This document shows positions 27,614-35,994 of a DNA stretch of 64,000 bases, one piece after another (within the stretch, counting starts at the first letter, position 1; every line of letters starts with the position of its first letter). This DNA comes from a virus (taxonomy: Duplodnaviria > Caudoviricetes). The notes beneath the pieces are model-generated. The model was not told the origin of the DNA and made no database searches. It saw only the letters and a program-made list of their open reading frames with translations. The DNA is taken from the IMG/VR virus record IMGVR_UViG_3300040751_000875, positions 1,623-65,622 of that record. One strand, given 5' to 3'. A program made the position numbers and the translations under genes.

Positions 27614-28103
27614 ACTAGAACTGGGTACATTAATAGGTATATTCTTACTATCAGTAATATCTATTGTCCCAGTCAATGCTGATGAAATAAAATTTGGGTT
27701 TAAAAATCCATCTTTTTCTGGCGTAGGAACAGGAGCACATTATTTAACAATTGAGAACCAAGAGCACTCTCGTAAAAAGGCAATAGAAGATGCTTTAGAG
27801 GCAGCAAGAAAGGCCGCTGAAAGAGAGGAAAATAATTCAACACTAGCTAAATTTATTAGAAACTTAGAAAGTAGAATATATGCTCAAATGGCAAAACAAA
27901 TGGTTGAATCTATGTTCAGTAATGACGGTTCAGTAAGATATGGTTCATTTACATTAGAAGGTAACGTAGTAACATACGAAGTTATAACCAATGAAGATGG
28001 ATCGGAAGTTATTAGAATGACGATTGTGGATACTGATGGAACAGAAACTGTTATTGAAATTCCTGTCGGGACTGGTAATTTTGGGCAGGATCCAGATGGT
28101 TAA
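27585..28103 (+). CDS. csgF: Curli assembly protein CsgF-like
   Basis: Signal peptide, then FGFKNPSFSG; F..NLESRIYAQ; C-terminal T.IEIP; precedes csgG. Confidence 0.8.
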   Translation: MKRKDKLKSKLELGTLIGIFLLSVISIVPVNADEIKFGFKNPSFSGVGTGAHYLTIENQEHSRKKAIEDALEAARKAAEREENNSTLAKFIRNLESRIYAQMAKQMVESMFSNDGSVRYGSFTLEGNVVTYEVITNEDGSEVIRMTIVDTDGTETVIEIPVGTGNFGQDPDG

Positions 28104-29067
28104 GTACATACTCGTATTATCACTATTATTATCTGGGTGTGCATCATTTCCAGTATGGAGTCCTAATCCACAAGATTGTAATGATTTAGATGGTAAATAT
28201 GATGAGGGATTTAATAGGCATCTTCAAATGGGTATACAAAAGGCAATGGCCAGAAAGTATATCTGTGTTGATGAACCAACTGCAGTAAGGTTACCTGCAT
28301 ATGTAGACTTACTAATGTTACCACCTGCAAAGGAAAGACCCGTAGTTGCAGTATATGGTTTTGCAGATAAGACAGGTCAAAGAAAATCAGTAGATAATAT
28401 TGCGTCATTTTCTACTGCAGTTACCCAAGGTGGGACTGAATTGTTAATAGACGCTCTAAAAACAGCCGGAGGCGGCACATGGTTTAGAGTGGTCGAAAGG
28501 CAAGGAATTGATAATCTTGTAAGGGAAAGACAAATTGTGAGGTCTACCCGACAAGATGTAGCTAAACTCGAAGGGACTGATCCGAAAGGAGTAGGTCCAT
28601 TATTATTCGCAGGAATGATAATCGAGGGTGGTATTATAGGGTATGACTCTAACATGGAAACAGGTGGTCGAGGCGCACGAACACTTGGTGTTGGGTTTAC
28701 TAAAATGTATCGTAAAGATGTCGTGACTGTATCTGTGAGAGCAGTATCAGTTTTGACAGGTGAAGTATTATTAAACGTCCAGGCTAAGAAATCGGTACTT
28801 TCTTACGGCGGTGGGGGTGACCTATTCAGGTTTATTGAACAGGGAACTCAACTTGTTGAATATGAGGACGGAGTGGGAAATAATGAATCAGTGACGTATG
28901 CAGTACGTGCAGCTATTGAGGCCGCCGTGTTGGAATTAATTTACCAGGGCCATGACCGTAAATTCTGGGATATAAACGAGGGTCATAGACATCCGCATCA
29001 AATCAATGGCGCGAATGCTAGACACTCATTAAAAGAGGATAATAACGAAAATGAAGAAACTAATTAG
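28096..29067 (+). CDS. csgG: Curli secretion pore CsgG-like lipoprotein
   Basis: Lipobox LSG-C; VAVY.F.DKTGQRK, STAVTQG, WFRVVERQG..NL..ERQI.R, EGGIIGYD. Confidence 0.93.
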   Translation: MVKYILVLSLLLSGCASFPVWSPNPQDCNDLDGKYDEGFNRHLQMGIQKAMARKYICVDEPTAVRLPAYVDLLMLPPAKERPVVAVYGFADKTGQRKSVDNIASFSTAVTQGGTELLIDALKTAGGGTWFRVVERQGIDNLVRERQIVRSTRQDVAKLEGTDPKGVGPLLFAGMIIEGGIIGYDSNMETGGRGARTLGVGFTKMYRKDVVTVSVRAVSVLTGEVLLNVQAKKSVLSYGGGGDLFRFIEQGTQLVEYEDGVGNNESVTYAVRAAIEAAVLELIYQGHDRKFWDINEGHRHPHQINGANARHSLKEDNNENEETN

Positions 29068-29788
29068 TTTAAGTTTATTATTAATGACGACATCATTCGT
29101 TTTCGCACAGGCCACTGATGATAATGAAATCATGATAGAGCAAAGTGGTGACACTTTAACCCTATATATTGATCAAGTTGGATACGGTAACAAGATCGGT
29201 TTGGATGATTTTACATCTTCTGGTTCTGATATGACTATTACAGGTTCAAGTTTAACATTTGACCTGGATATGATTGGTAATGAAAATTTAATTTTTGGAC
29301 CAATTGAAATGGACTCATCAAGTTTAACATTTACTTTAACTGGTGATTCTAATGAAGTGGATTGGAATATTGGATATGTAGGAAGTGCAGATAGTTCTAA
29401 CTATAACTTTGCTATAACTGGTGATTCAAATACTTTTGATATTGATCAAGGTTATACAGTGAGTGCAGAAAGATTAGATGCAGATCTAGTATTACTTGGT
29501 ACTTCTAACGTATTTGATTTGGATTTTGAGTCTGATGACGCGACATGGAATTTTGATATTACTGGAGATAGTAATAACGTTAATACATTACAAAAAGATG
29601 GAGAACATCAACTAACAGTAGAATTAACGGGCGACAGTGCTGATATTGATATTAATCAATTATCTGGTACTTGTGCAACCGGTGCTGGAGTTGGATGTGC
29701 TACACCAAATGCAATTATTAATTTAGATATTACTTCCGATAATGCTACAATTCAAATTAATCAGAAAGACGTTTCTAACGACAGCTAG
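29051..29788 (+). CDS. Secreted curlin-like beta-solenoid repeat protein
   Basis: Signal peptide; repeated (Q/T/L)-G-x-x-N strands (QVGYGN, TGDSN x3); C-terminal Cys pair. Confidence 0.7.
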   Translation: MKKLISLSLLLMTTSFVFAQATDDNEIMIEQSGDTLTLYIDQVGYGNKIGLDDFTSSGSDMTITGSSLTFDLDMIGNENLIFGPIEMDSSSLTFTLTGDSNEVDWNIGYVGSADSSNYNFAITGDSNTFDIDQGYTVSAERLDADLVLLGTSNVFDLDFESDDATWNFDITGDSNNVNTLQKDGEHQLTVELTGDSADIDINQLSGTCATGAGVGCATPNAIINLDITSDNATIQINQKDVSNDS

Positions 29789-30857
29789 TCTTTTATTCAT
29801 TAGTGGGGTTACTCAAGCAAGTGACCCCATAGGTGATATAGTAGAATCAACTGGAATTGGATCTATTCTGAGAAACAATGTTGAGCTACCTCATCAGACC
29901 AATACTGAAATAGTTTTAAACGACGAAGCCCGTACGGGTAATGGTCGTATGAAAATTGAGTTTTTAGATAAGGCAGAACTCTCCTTAAAAGAACACTCGG
30001 AAGTATTAATTGATGAAATATATTATGACCCTGATCCATCATTATCAAAAATGAGCATGAAATTTACCATGGGAACTGCAAGGTTCGCATCAGGTAGATT
30101 AGGTCTTGTAAATAAAGCAAACATAGATATTCAAACTCCAACTGCATCTATTGCGGTAAGAGGGACTGACTTTACTACAACCGTAGATGAGTTAGGTAGG
30201 TCTTTGGTTATTTTATTACCTGATGCAAATGGAGACCCTTCCGGCGAGATAGAGGTATTTAATGAAGGAGGATCTGTTACACTAAAAGAAGCATATGCAG
30301 CGACAATGGTTTCATCATTAGACCAATCTCCAACACAGACTGTTAAGATTAATGGAATTACTCCAGCACTAATTGATAATATGTTTATTGTGTCACCCCC
30401 ACCAGAAGTCGAAGATAGAATAAAAGAAGAAATGGCTGACGAGGCCGATGATGACCAAGGCCTATTGGATATTGATTTTTTAGAATTTGATGAATTAGAA
30501 AAAGACGAACTTGCAGAATCCGAAGAGAATTTAGAATTTAACGAACTTGATATTAATGAATTGGATGTTGAGTATCTAGTGGATGTTTTAGATATAGTTG
30601 ATTCATCCGATCTATTTGATTCTATAGGAGAATTTGATATTAAAGGTGCAACGAGAGGCCTTAATGAAGAATCTCAGTTTAATGTATTCTTACAAGATGG
30701 CTCATTGGTTTTATATAGAAAAGTAAACGGCACGATAAGAATAAAAATTGCTGCAGGTGGTAATTTTACACTTGATACTATTACTCCAACATGGGAAGGT
30801 GTTATAACTGGTAATGAATCCGAGGATATTTTAATTTACATTAATCAGCAAAATTAG
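29742..30857 (+). CDS. FecR-domain periplasmic protein with acidic linker
   Basis: Signal peptide; D..RTG.GRM.I.F.D, GTARF.SG, IQTPTASIAVRGTDF. Confidence 0.85.
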   Translation: MLQFKLIRKTFLTTASLLFISGVTQASDPIGDIVESTGIGSILRNNVELPHQTNTEIVLNDEARTGNGRMKIEFLDKAELSLKEHSEVLIDEIYYDPDPSLSKMSMKFTMGTARFASGRLGLVNKANIDIQTPTASIAVRGTDFTTTVDELGRSLVILLPDANGDPSGEIEVFNEGGSVTLKEAYAATMVSSLDQSPTQTVKINGITPALIDNMFIVSPPPEVEDRIKEEMADEADDDQGLLDIDFLEFDELEKDELAESEENLEFNELDINELDVEYLVDVLDIVDSSDLFDSIGEFDIKGATRGLNEESQFNVFLQDGSLVLYRKVNGTIRIKIAAGGNFTLDTITPTWEGVITGNESEDILIYINQQN

Positions 30858-30866
30858 GATATAAAT

Positions 30867-31703
30867 ATGAATATGAAAGAGAAATTTTTTAAATATTGGA
30901 TCCAGCCCTGGCATCCTAATCATATACAATCAAATGAGGAGAGGGCATGGGAAATGTTAAAACAGGCACAAGGCCCAGGTATATGGACAGGTAAAGATTT
31001 GTTTAAGGCATTTCTTTTTGGTTTATTCTTAGGTTTATTAATGTTAAGTCCTGTTCTACTTGCAGATGATAATCAAATATCATTAGAGCAATCTGGTAAT
31101 AATTTATTACTAGAAATCGAACAAGTAGGATATAATAATCAGATCGGCATGCTAGATTCTGCATCGTATATTAATAATGCACCTAACCTAGATATTCACA
31201 TAGTTCAATATAATTTTACAGATAATACTAACAAAATATTATTTGATGAGGTATCGGGTTCAAACAATACATTCAAACTAGCACAAGGTGTTGCTTGGAC
31301 TGATTCAGAAGATTCATATACTTATGATGGCGCAGAGGGCGGTGGCCACTATATGGAAATAGATTTATATGGTAGTAATAATTCTGTTAAATGGCATCAG
31401 AGTGGCGCAACAGATGGTCACAATTTTAATTTTCATCTAGCTGGTGATTGGAATGAGGTTAATGGAAGACAACAATCAAGTGGCTCAAAAGAAATGGAAC
31501 TTACGATTTATAATGATGATAATTTAGTTAATATGAGACAGAAAGGTGCAAATGCAACCCATAGTGCAACAGTAACACTTGATGGAATATATGGAACGGA
31601 TTTAACACTTATACAATTAGGAACAACTACACAATCTTATTCACTATCACAGACTTGTAATACAGTAGGTGGTTGCACAGTATCAGTAACACAAGGGCAG
31701 TAA
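30867..31703 (+). CDS. Second secreted curlin-like repeat protein
   Basis: Mature N-terminus DDNQISLEQSGNN..EQVGYNN, paralogous to 29051; GSNN/GDWN repeats; terminal Cys pair; start uncertain. Confidence 0.7.
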   Translation: MNMKEKFFKYWIQPWHPNHIQSNEERAWEMLKQAQGPGIWTGKDLFKAFLFGLFLGLLMLSPVLLADDNQISLEQSGNNLLLEIEQVGYNNQIGMLDSASYINNAPNLDIHIVQYNFTDNTNKILFDEVSGSNNTFKLAQGVAWTDSEDSYTYDGAEGGGHYMEIDLYGSNNSVKWHQSGATDGHNFNFHLAGDWNEVNGRQQSSGSKEMELTIYNDDNLVNMRQKGANATHSATVTLDGIYGTDLTLIQLGTTTQSYSLSQTCNTVGGCTVSVTQGQ

Positions 31704-33541
31704 TGAAATACGTTACTTCGATATGGACTACATTTGTAATTATTGCATTAGGTCTCTTAATAAGAATACAAGACCCAGATTTCTTACAGCAGATACGTCT
31801 CACAGTATTTGATCAATATATAAATTCTCTGCCTGTAAAACATTCCGACCAGATTGTCCTAGTAAATATCGGAGAAGAATCACTAGGAGAGTTTGGTCAA
31901 TATCCATTTCCAAGACAATTATATGCTCAATTAATTTCAGATTTAAGAAGTGCCAATGCTGGTATTATAGGATTCACTATAATGTTTCCAGAGGCAGATA
32001 GATTTGGAGGTGATGAAGTATTTGCATCTTGGGTAAAAGACAATGGAATTATACTATCACAAGATGCTGACAATAGTGGTAGAAGTACAAAGGCGCCTTA
32101 TGTGGGTACTGCAACTTTTGGATCAGGAGATCCGTTGGATCATGTAATACGTTATAAAGGTCTTGTGACTAATATTTCGGAAATAGAAGAAGGTGCATGG
32201 GGCCATGGTTTAATAAACGCTATGCCAGAAGTTGATGGTGTTGTTAGAAGAATACCACTCATATCTCAAATTAATCAAGAATTATATCCATCCTTTGCAT
32301 TAGAAACAATAAGAATTCTTAACGAAAAGCCTTCTTATACTGTAAAGGTTAACGATGTAGGAATTGAAGAAATTATTTTAAGGCCTTATCGACTCCAAAC
32401 CGACGGGATTGGCTCGATCTGGATTAATCCTAGATACCATTTTCAGGATATAGAATATACTTCTGATCCATTTCCTGATCTGCAAGGGAAGACCGTTTTG
32501 ATCGGTCTAACGGCAAAAGGCTTGTCTTCTCAGATACCAACTTCTCAAGGATTAAAATCGGCACATCAGATTCAAGCATCTGCAATTCAGACGATAATAA
32601 ATGGGGATCAGATAACCCGTCCACTGTGGGCTGATATTCTGGAGATTGGGGTTTCTCTTGTTGGGGCTCTATTGATTGTACTGGCAGTTTATTATCTACC
32701 AATTTGGAGTAGTGGTTTAACCTTCTTTGCCGTTGTTGGTTTATCATCCTACGGCGCATGGACTTCCTGGAACGAATGGGGTATACTCCTTGACCTTAGT
32801 TATTCACTAATATTATATATACTTTCCTTTACCTCATCAGCATTCAACAACTTCTATAAACAGTTTGCTCTCAGACAACAAATTAAGAAACAGTTTGAAA
32901 CTTATTTGGATCCAAGACAGGTTATGTTATTACAGAAAGACCCATCTCTGTTAAAATTAGGTGGAGAAAGAAAAGACATGACCTTTCTGTTTATGGATAT
33001 AGTAGGGTTTACTCCTATATCAGAGCATTATAAAAACAATAATGACCCAGAAGGCCTAGTAAAGATTATAAATAGTTATTTGGACAGTATGACTAAGGTG
33101 ATACTAAAACATGGTGGCACAATTGATAAATACATGGGCGACTGTATTATGGCATTTTGGAATGCCCCTTTACCCTGTAAGAATCATGCTGAATGTGCAG
33201 TAGAAGCCGCAAAGGAAATATTAGAAACTGCTGATGAACTCATTAAACAACTTGAAGAACAAGGCCTTCCTCGTATTGATGTTGGCATTGGTGTCAACAC
33301 CGGCACATGCATTGTTGGAAACATGGGATCAGACTCTCGATTTGACTATTCCGTCATTGGAGATGCCGTCAACCTCGGTGCTCGACTCGAAGGACAAACT
33401 CGTAATTATGATGGGGTACGACTGTTGTTGGGACCCGAAACTTATAGAGGCTGTCCGAATGGAGCATTCTCTGAAGTCGATAGAATACTCGTTAAGGGTA
33501 AAACAGAGAAGGTACGAATATACACCCCAATCGTGGATTAA
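31703..33541 (+). CDS. CHASE2-domain class III adenylate cyclase
   Basis: N-terminal TM, GQYPFPR/DGVVRRIP CHASE2 motifs, 3 TM, FMDIVGFT, KYMGDCIMAFW, GVNTG, DYSVIGDAVNLGARLE. Confidence 0.93.
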   Translation: MKYVTSIWTTFVIIALGLLIRIQDPDFLQQIRLTVFDQYINSLPVKHSDQIVLVNIGEESLGEFGQYPFPRQLYAQLISDLRSANAGIIGFTIMFPEADRFGGDEVFASWVKDNGIILSQDADNSGRSTKAPYVGTATFGSGDPLDHVIRYKGLVTNISEIEEGAWGHGLINAMPEVDGVVRRIPLISQINQELYPSFALETIRILNEKPSYTVKVNDVGIEEIILRPYRLQTDGIGSIWINPRYHFQDIEYTSDPFPDLQGKTVLIGLTAKGLSSQIPTSQGLKSAHQIQASAIQTIINGDQITRPLWADILEIGVSLVGALLIVLAVYYLPIWSSGLTFFAVVGLSSYGAWTSWNEWGILLDLSYSLILYILSFTSSAFNNFYKQFALRQQIKKQFETYLDPRQVMLLQKDPSLLKLGGERKDMTFLFMDIVGFTPISEHYKNNNDPEGLVKIINSYLDSMTKVILKHGGTIDKYMGDCIMAFWNAPLPCKNHAECAVEAAKEILETADELIKQLEEQGLPRIDVGIGVNTGTCIVGNMGSDSRFDYSVIGDAVNLGARLEGQTRNYDGVRLLLGPETYRGCPNGAFSEVDRILVKGKTEKVRIYTPIVD

Positions 33542-33845
33542 CGAACCAGTAAATCCATACGTATACTATGGATTTTGGGTTCTACATATAGCAGATGTTT
33601 GGACAACAAATAGAGGAATGGATTATGATTGTGTCTTTGAAGCAAATCCTCTCTTACCTAAAGTCCCTCACATAAACAGATTACTATTACATAAGGCAGT
33701 CTTTTTATCACCTTTCAGTACTTTGTATTCAGAAAAAGTTATAACCAATGGTGAGATGATTTTTCCTATATTAATGACAGGATATGTTATCGATAATAAT
33801 TTGAGAGTAATAGACCGCGCGTCAACCAAATGTAATAAAAGGTAA
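33234..33845 (+). CDS. Putative exported/membrane protein overlapping the cyclase 3' end
   Basis: ADVWTT..G....EANP motif; signal-peptide-like N-terminus lies in the overlap; start uncertain. Confidence 0.55.
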   Translation: MNSLNNLKNKAFLVLMLALVSTPAHALLETWDQTLDLTIPSLEMPSTSVLDSKDKLVIMMGYDCCWDPKLIEAVRMEHSLKSIEYSLRVKQRRYEYTPQSWINEPVNPYVYYGFWVLHIADVWTTNRGMDYDCVFEANPLLPKVPHINRLLLHKAVFLSPFSTLYSEKVITNGEMIFPILMTGYVIDNNLRVIDRASTKCNKR

Positions 33846-33877
33846 TAACATTATAACAAAATATTCTTAAAAAAGTG

Positions 33878-33905
33878 TTGACAAATTGGATTGGCGTGGT
33901 ATAAT
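33878..33905 (+). promoter_or_regulatory. Sigma70-type early promoter
   Basis: AAAAAAGTG-TTGACA-16-TATAAT. Confidence 0.75.
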
Positions 33906-33937
33906 AATACCATAATTAAGTGATCAGAGAGAAGACC

Positions 33938-34186
33938 ATGCCATACTATACTCACACAGAGAACCCCATCGGAAACTTCATCGAGAAAGACTTCGGAAAC
34001 AACTTTGAATATAGCGTTAACGAGACTGGTATGTTCCCAGAGTATCCCCATATTGTATGGGTTGGAAGTATAGGAGACCAAGGATTTAGATTTGCCAAAG
34101 TCAAGAAGACCGTGGCATATATTCTTACTGGAGACGACACTTTGGAAAGATGGTTCTTAAAATCAAATCAGGAGTATGTAGTATAA
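33938..34186 (+). CDS. Hypothetical early protein
   Basis: F.EKDFGN.FEY, RFAKVKKTVAYI; first gene after promoter. Confidence 0.65.
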   Translation: MPYYTHTENPIGNFIEKDFGNNFEYSVNETGMFPEYPHIVWVGSIGDQGFRFAKVKKTVAYILTGDDTLERWFLKSNQEYVV

Positions 34187-34614
34187 TGCCAATGATACTA
34201 TTAAACGGGCAGGTTAAGGGAAAGGCATCAGGCCTCATAGACCTATATGTGTTTAACCTATGTAAAGAACTCGGCATAGGCCGTATGCATAGAAAACTCA
34301 TTGAAATAGATTTTGTTACGGACCAAGAAGGCCAGTTAGGTAATGCTTGGGGTGATGAAAAAGAAGGGTATGCTCACATTAACATTGCCCGTAAATGTGA
34401 AGGTGCCAAAGTAGAGTATGCTGAAATGATGCAGACCCTAGCACACGAAATGGTTCATGTGAAACAGTACTTCCGAAAAGAGCTTGACGGATCCAATTGT
34501 AGATTCAAGTGGAAGGGCCGCAATGCCGACGGATACAAGTACGAAAACCAACCATGGGAACGCGAAGCCTTCCGTAGAGAGGCTGACTTATACCAAAAGT
34601 GTTGGCCCTTATAA
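34186..34614 (+). CDS. Zincin-like metallopeptidase
   Basis: TLAHEMVHVKQY (HExxH) and PWEREA. Confidence 0.8.
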   Translation: MPMILLNGQVKGKASGLIDLYVFNLCKELGIGRMHRKLIEIDFVTDQEGQLGNAWGDEKEGYAHINIARKCEGAKVEYAEMMQTLAHEMVHVKQYFRKELDGSNCRFKWKGRNADGYKYENQPWEREAFRREADLYQKCWPL

Positions 34615-34658
34615 CAAAATGTTCCAAAAACATTGGAAATATTGGAACGAAAATTAAG

Positions 34659-34698
34659 TGTTACATTTGTGTTACAACTATGTTACATTTATGAAACT
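34659..34698. promoter_or_regulatory. TGTTACA direct repeats at 11-bp spacing (putative regulator boxes)
   Basis: TGTTACA at 34659, 34670, 34681; degenerate TGAAACT at 34692. Confidence 0.6.
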
Positions 34699-34712
34699 TT
34701 TTAAAAAAAGTG

Positions 34713-34741
34713 TTGACAAGTGGTGCTAGATAGGTTATAAT
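34713..34741 (+). promoter_or_regulatory. Sigma70-type early promoter
   Basis: AAAAAAAGTG-TTGACA-17-TATAAT. Confidence 0.85.
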
Positions 34742-34773
34742 AGTACCATAATTAATTGATAAGGAGTTAAATT

Positions 34774-35280
34774 ATGAAAAATATTGTTATTAATACCCAG
34801 TATATGGAAAACTATGGGGATTCTTTAAACCCATATATGAAATTTAAAGGTGGTTCTACCTATGTCGTTAAGACCCTTAACGATTCCATTAATGAGAACG
34901 AAGTAGCTACAATCGTGGCTCAAGTAAGACCTCTTATCCAAATGACTATGGCCGATACTAATGGCGGCTGTGAGGAATACATTATTGACTTCCAACTTTA
35001 CGATACTCTTGCAGATGCACAGATTCCTGAGTGGGAAGCAATTACAGAGCTTTGGTTTGATGATAAGCCTGGTGGTGGCTCATGGAAGGCCATTAAGGTC
35101 ACAGATAACCGTGACAACGGTTGGATGAAGAAAGAAATCCTTGAAAAAACAGAGGCATGGACTTGCGGTCTAGCCCAGGAAAGAAACGATTATTCTGTTT
35201 CCTTCCTCTTGGAAGATGGCGATATTGTCGACAGTAATGATGAACTCAAAGAGTGGTTGGATGCCAAGGAGGCAGCATAA
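34774..35280 (+). CDS. Hypothetical early protein
   Basis: TAAGGAG RBS; TQYMENYG...KFKGGSTY phage motif. Confidence 0.75.
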   Translation: MKNIVINTQYMENYGDSLNPYMKFKGGSTYVVKTLNDSINENEVATIVAQVRPLIQMTMADTNGGCEEYIIDFQLYDTLADAQIPEWEAITELWFDDKPGGGSWKAIKVTDNRDNGWMKKEILEKTEAWTCGLAQERNDYSVSFLLEDGDIVDSNDELKEWLDAKEAA

Positions 35281-35483
35281 TGAAGAATAAATTAAAAGGA
35301 ATTTTATACGGCACTATTTTAGGAGTGCTATTTGGATATGGTTTACATCTTGGGTTTTCAATACCCGAAGTACAGATGAGCCATTCAACTGGAGAGTGTG
35401 TTAAGGTTATTAACTATGACAAAGATGATCACTTCACTTGTGAAAACCTCCCATCTCGTTATAACCACGTGTGGGTTAAATGA
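35280..35483 (+). CDS. Small membrane-anchored protein
   Basis: N-terminal TM, Cys pair. Confidence 0.6.
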   Translation: MKNKLKGILYGTILGVLFGYGLHLGFSIPEVQMSHSTGECVKVINYDKDDHFTCENLPSRYNHVWVK

Positions 35484-35779
35484 TTAGGGTTCTCCAAGAA
35501 ATTACAGATTGGGGGGATTTAAAAATTGCCAATGGTATATACTATGTCAATGAACACGGACATCTTGTCCAGCACAATGACAAGGTATTCAAAACACCTA
35601 TGAAACAATTTTCTACAGCGCGTAGGAAGTTTAAGGAACTTCGTGTTATTGATAATGGCAATTCAGGCACTCCAGTAAAAGGATCAAAGGGTAATACATA
35701 TTATATTAAAAATGGTAAATGTACTTGCCCAGGATTTAAATTTAGAGGTAATTGCAAACATATATTGGAGGTAGCATAA
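35480..35779 (+). CDS. SWIM zinc-finger protein
   Basis: GSKGNTY...CTCPGFKFRGNCKH. Confidence 0.8.
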   Translation: MIRVLQEITDWGDLKIANGIYYVNEHGHLVQHNDKVFKTPMKQFSTARRKFKELRVIDNGNSGTPVKGSKGNTYYIKNGKCTCPGFKFRGNCKHILEVA

Positions 35780-35994
35780 TGGCAGAATTTTCACGAGCAC
35801 CTTATATTTCTTGGTCAATTATTCTTCCAGCATTAAAAACAGATGCAGAATCAAACCAAGGAATTATGGAAGGAGTAAGTAATCCTATTGAAGTTGCACC
35901 ACCCCGTGGGTATATCACTAATCACAAGCATGAAATTATTTGCAGTGATATGACTGGCAACAAGTATAAAATCACGGTACAAGATATTACATGA
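35779..35994 (+). CDS. Hypothetical protein
   Basis: GGAGG RBS, coupled ORF. Confidence 0.55.
   Translation: MAEFSRAPYISWSIILPALKTDAESNQGIMEGVSNPIEVAPPRGYITNHKHEIICSDMTGNKYKITVQDIT

Noticed and set aside
31703-33541. Cyclase as a Pycsar/CBASS defence enzyme
   Set aside because: Receptor-type CHASE2 architecture, ATP-specifying residues and no adjacent cNMP-binding effector
34609-34698. Short repeats as a mini CRISPR array
   Set aside because: Repeats are 7 bp with 4-bp spacers; this fits regulator boxes, not CRISPR
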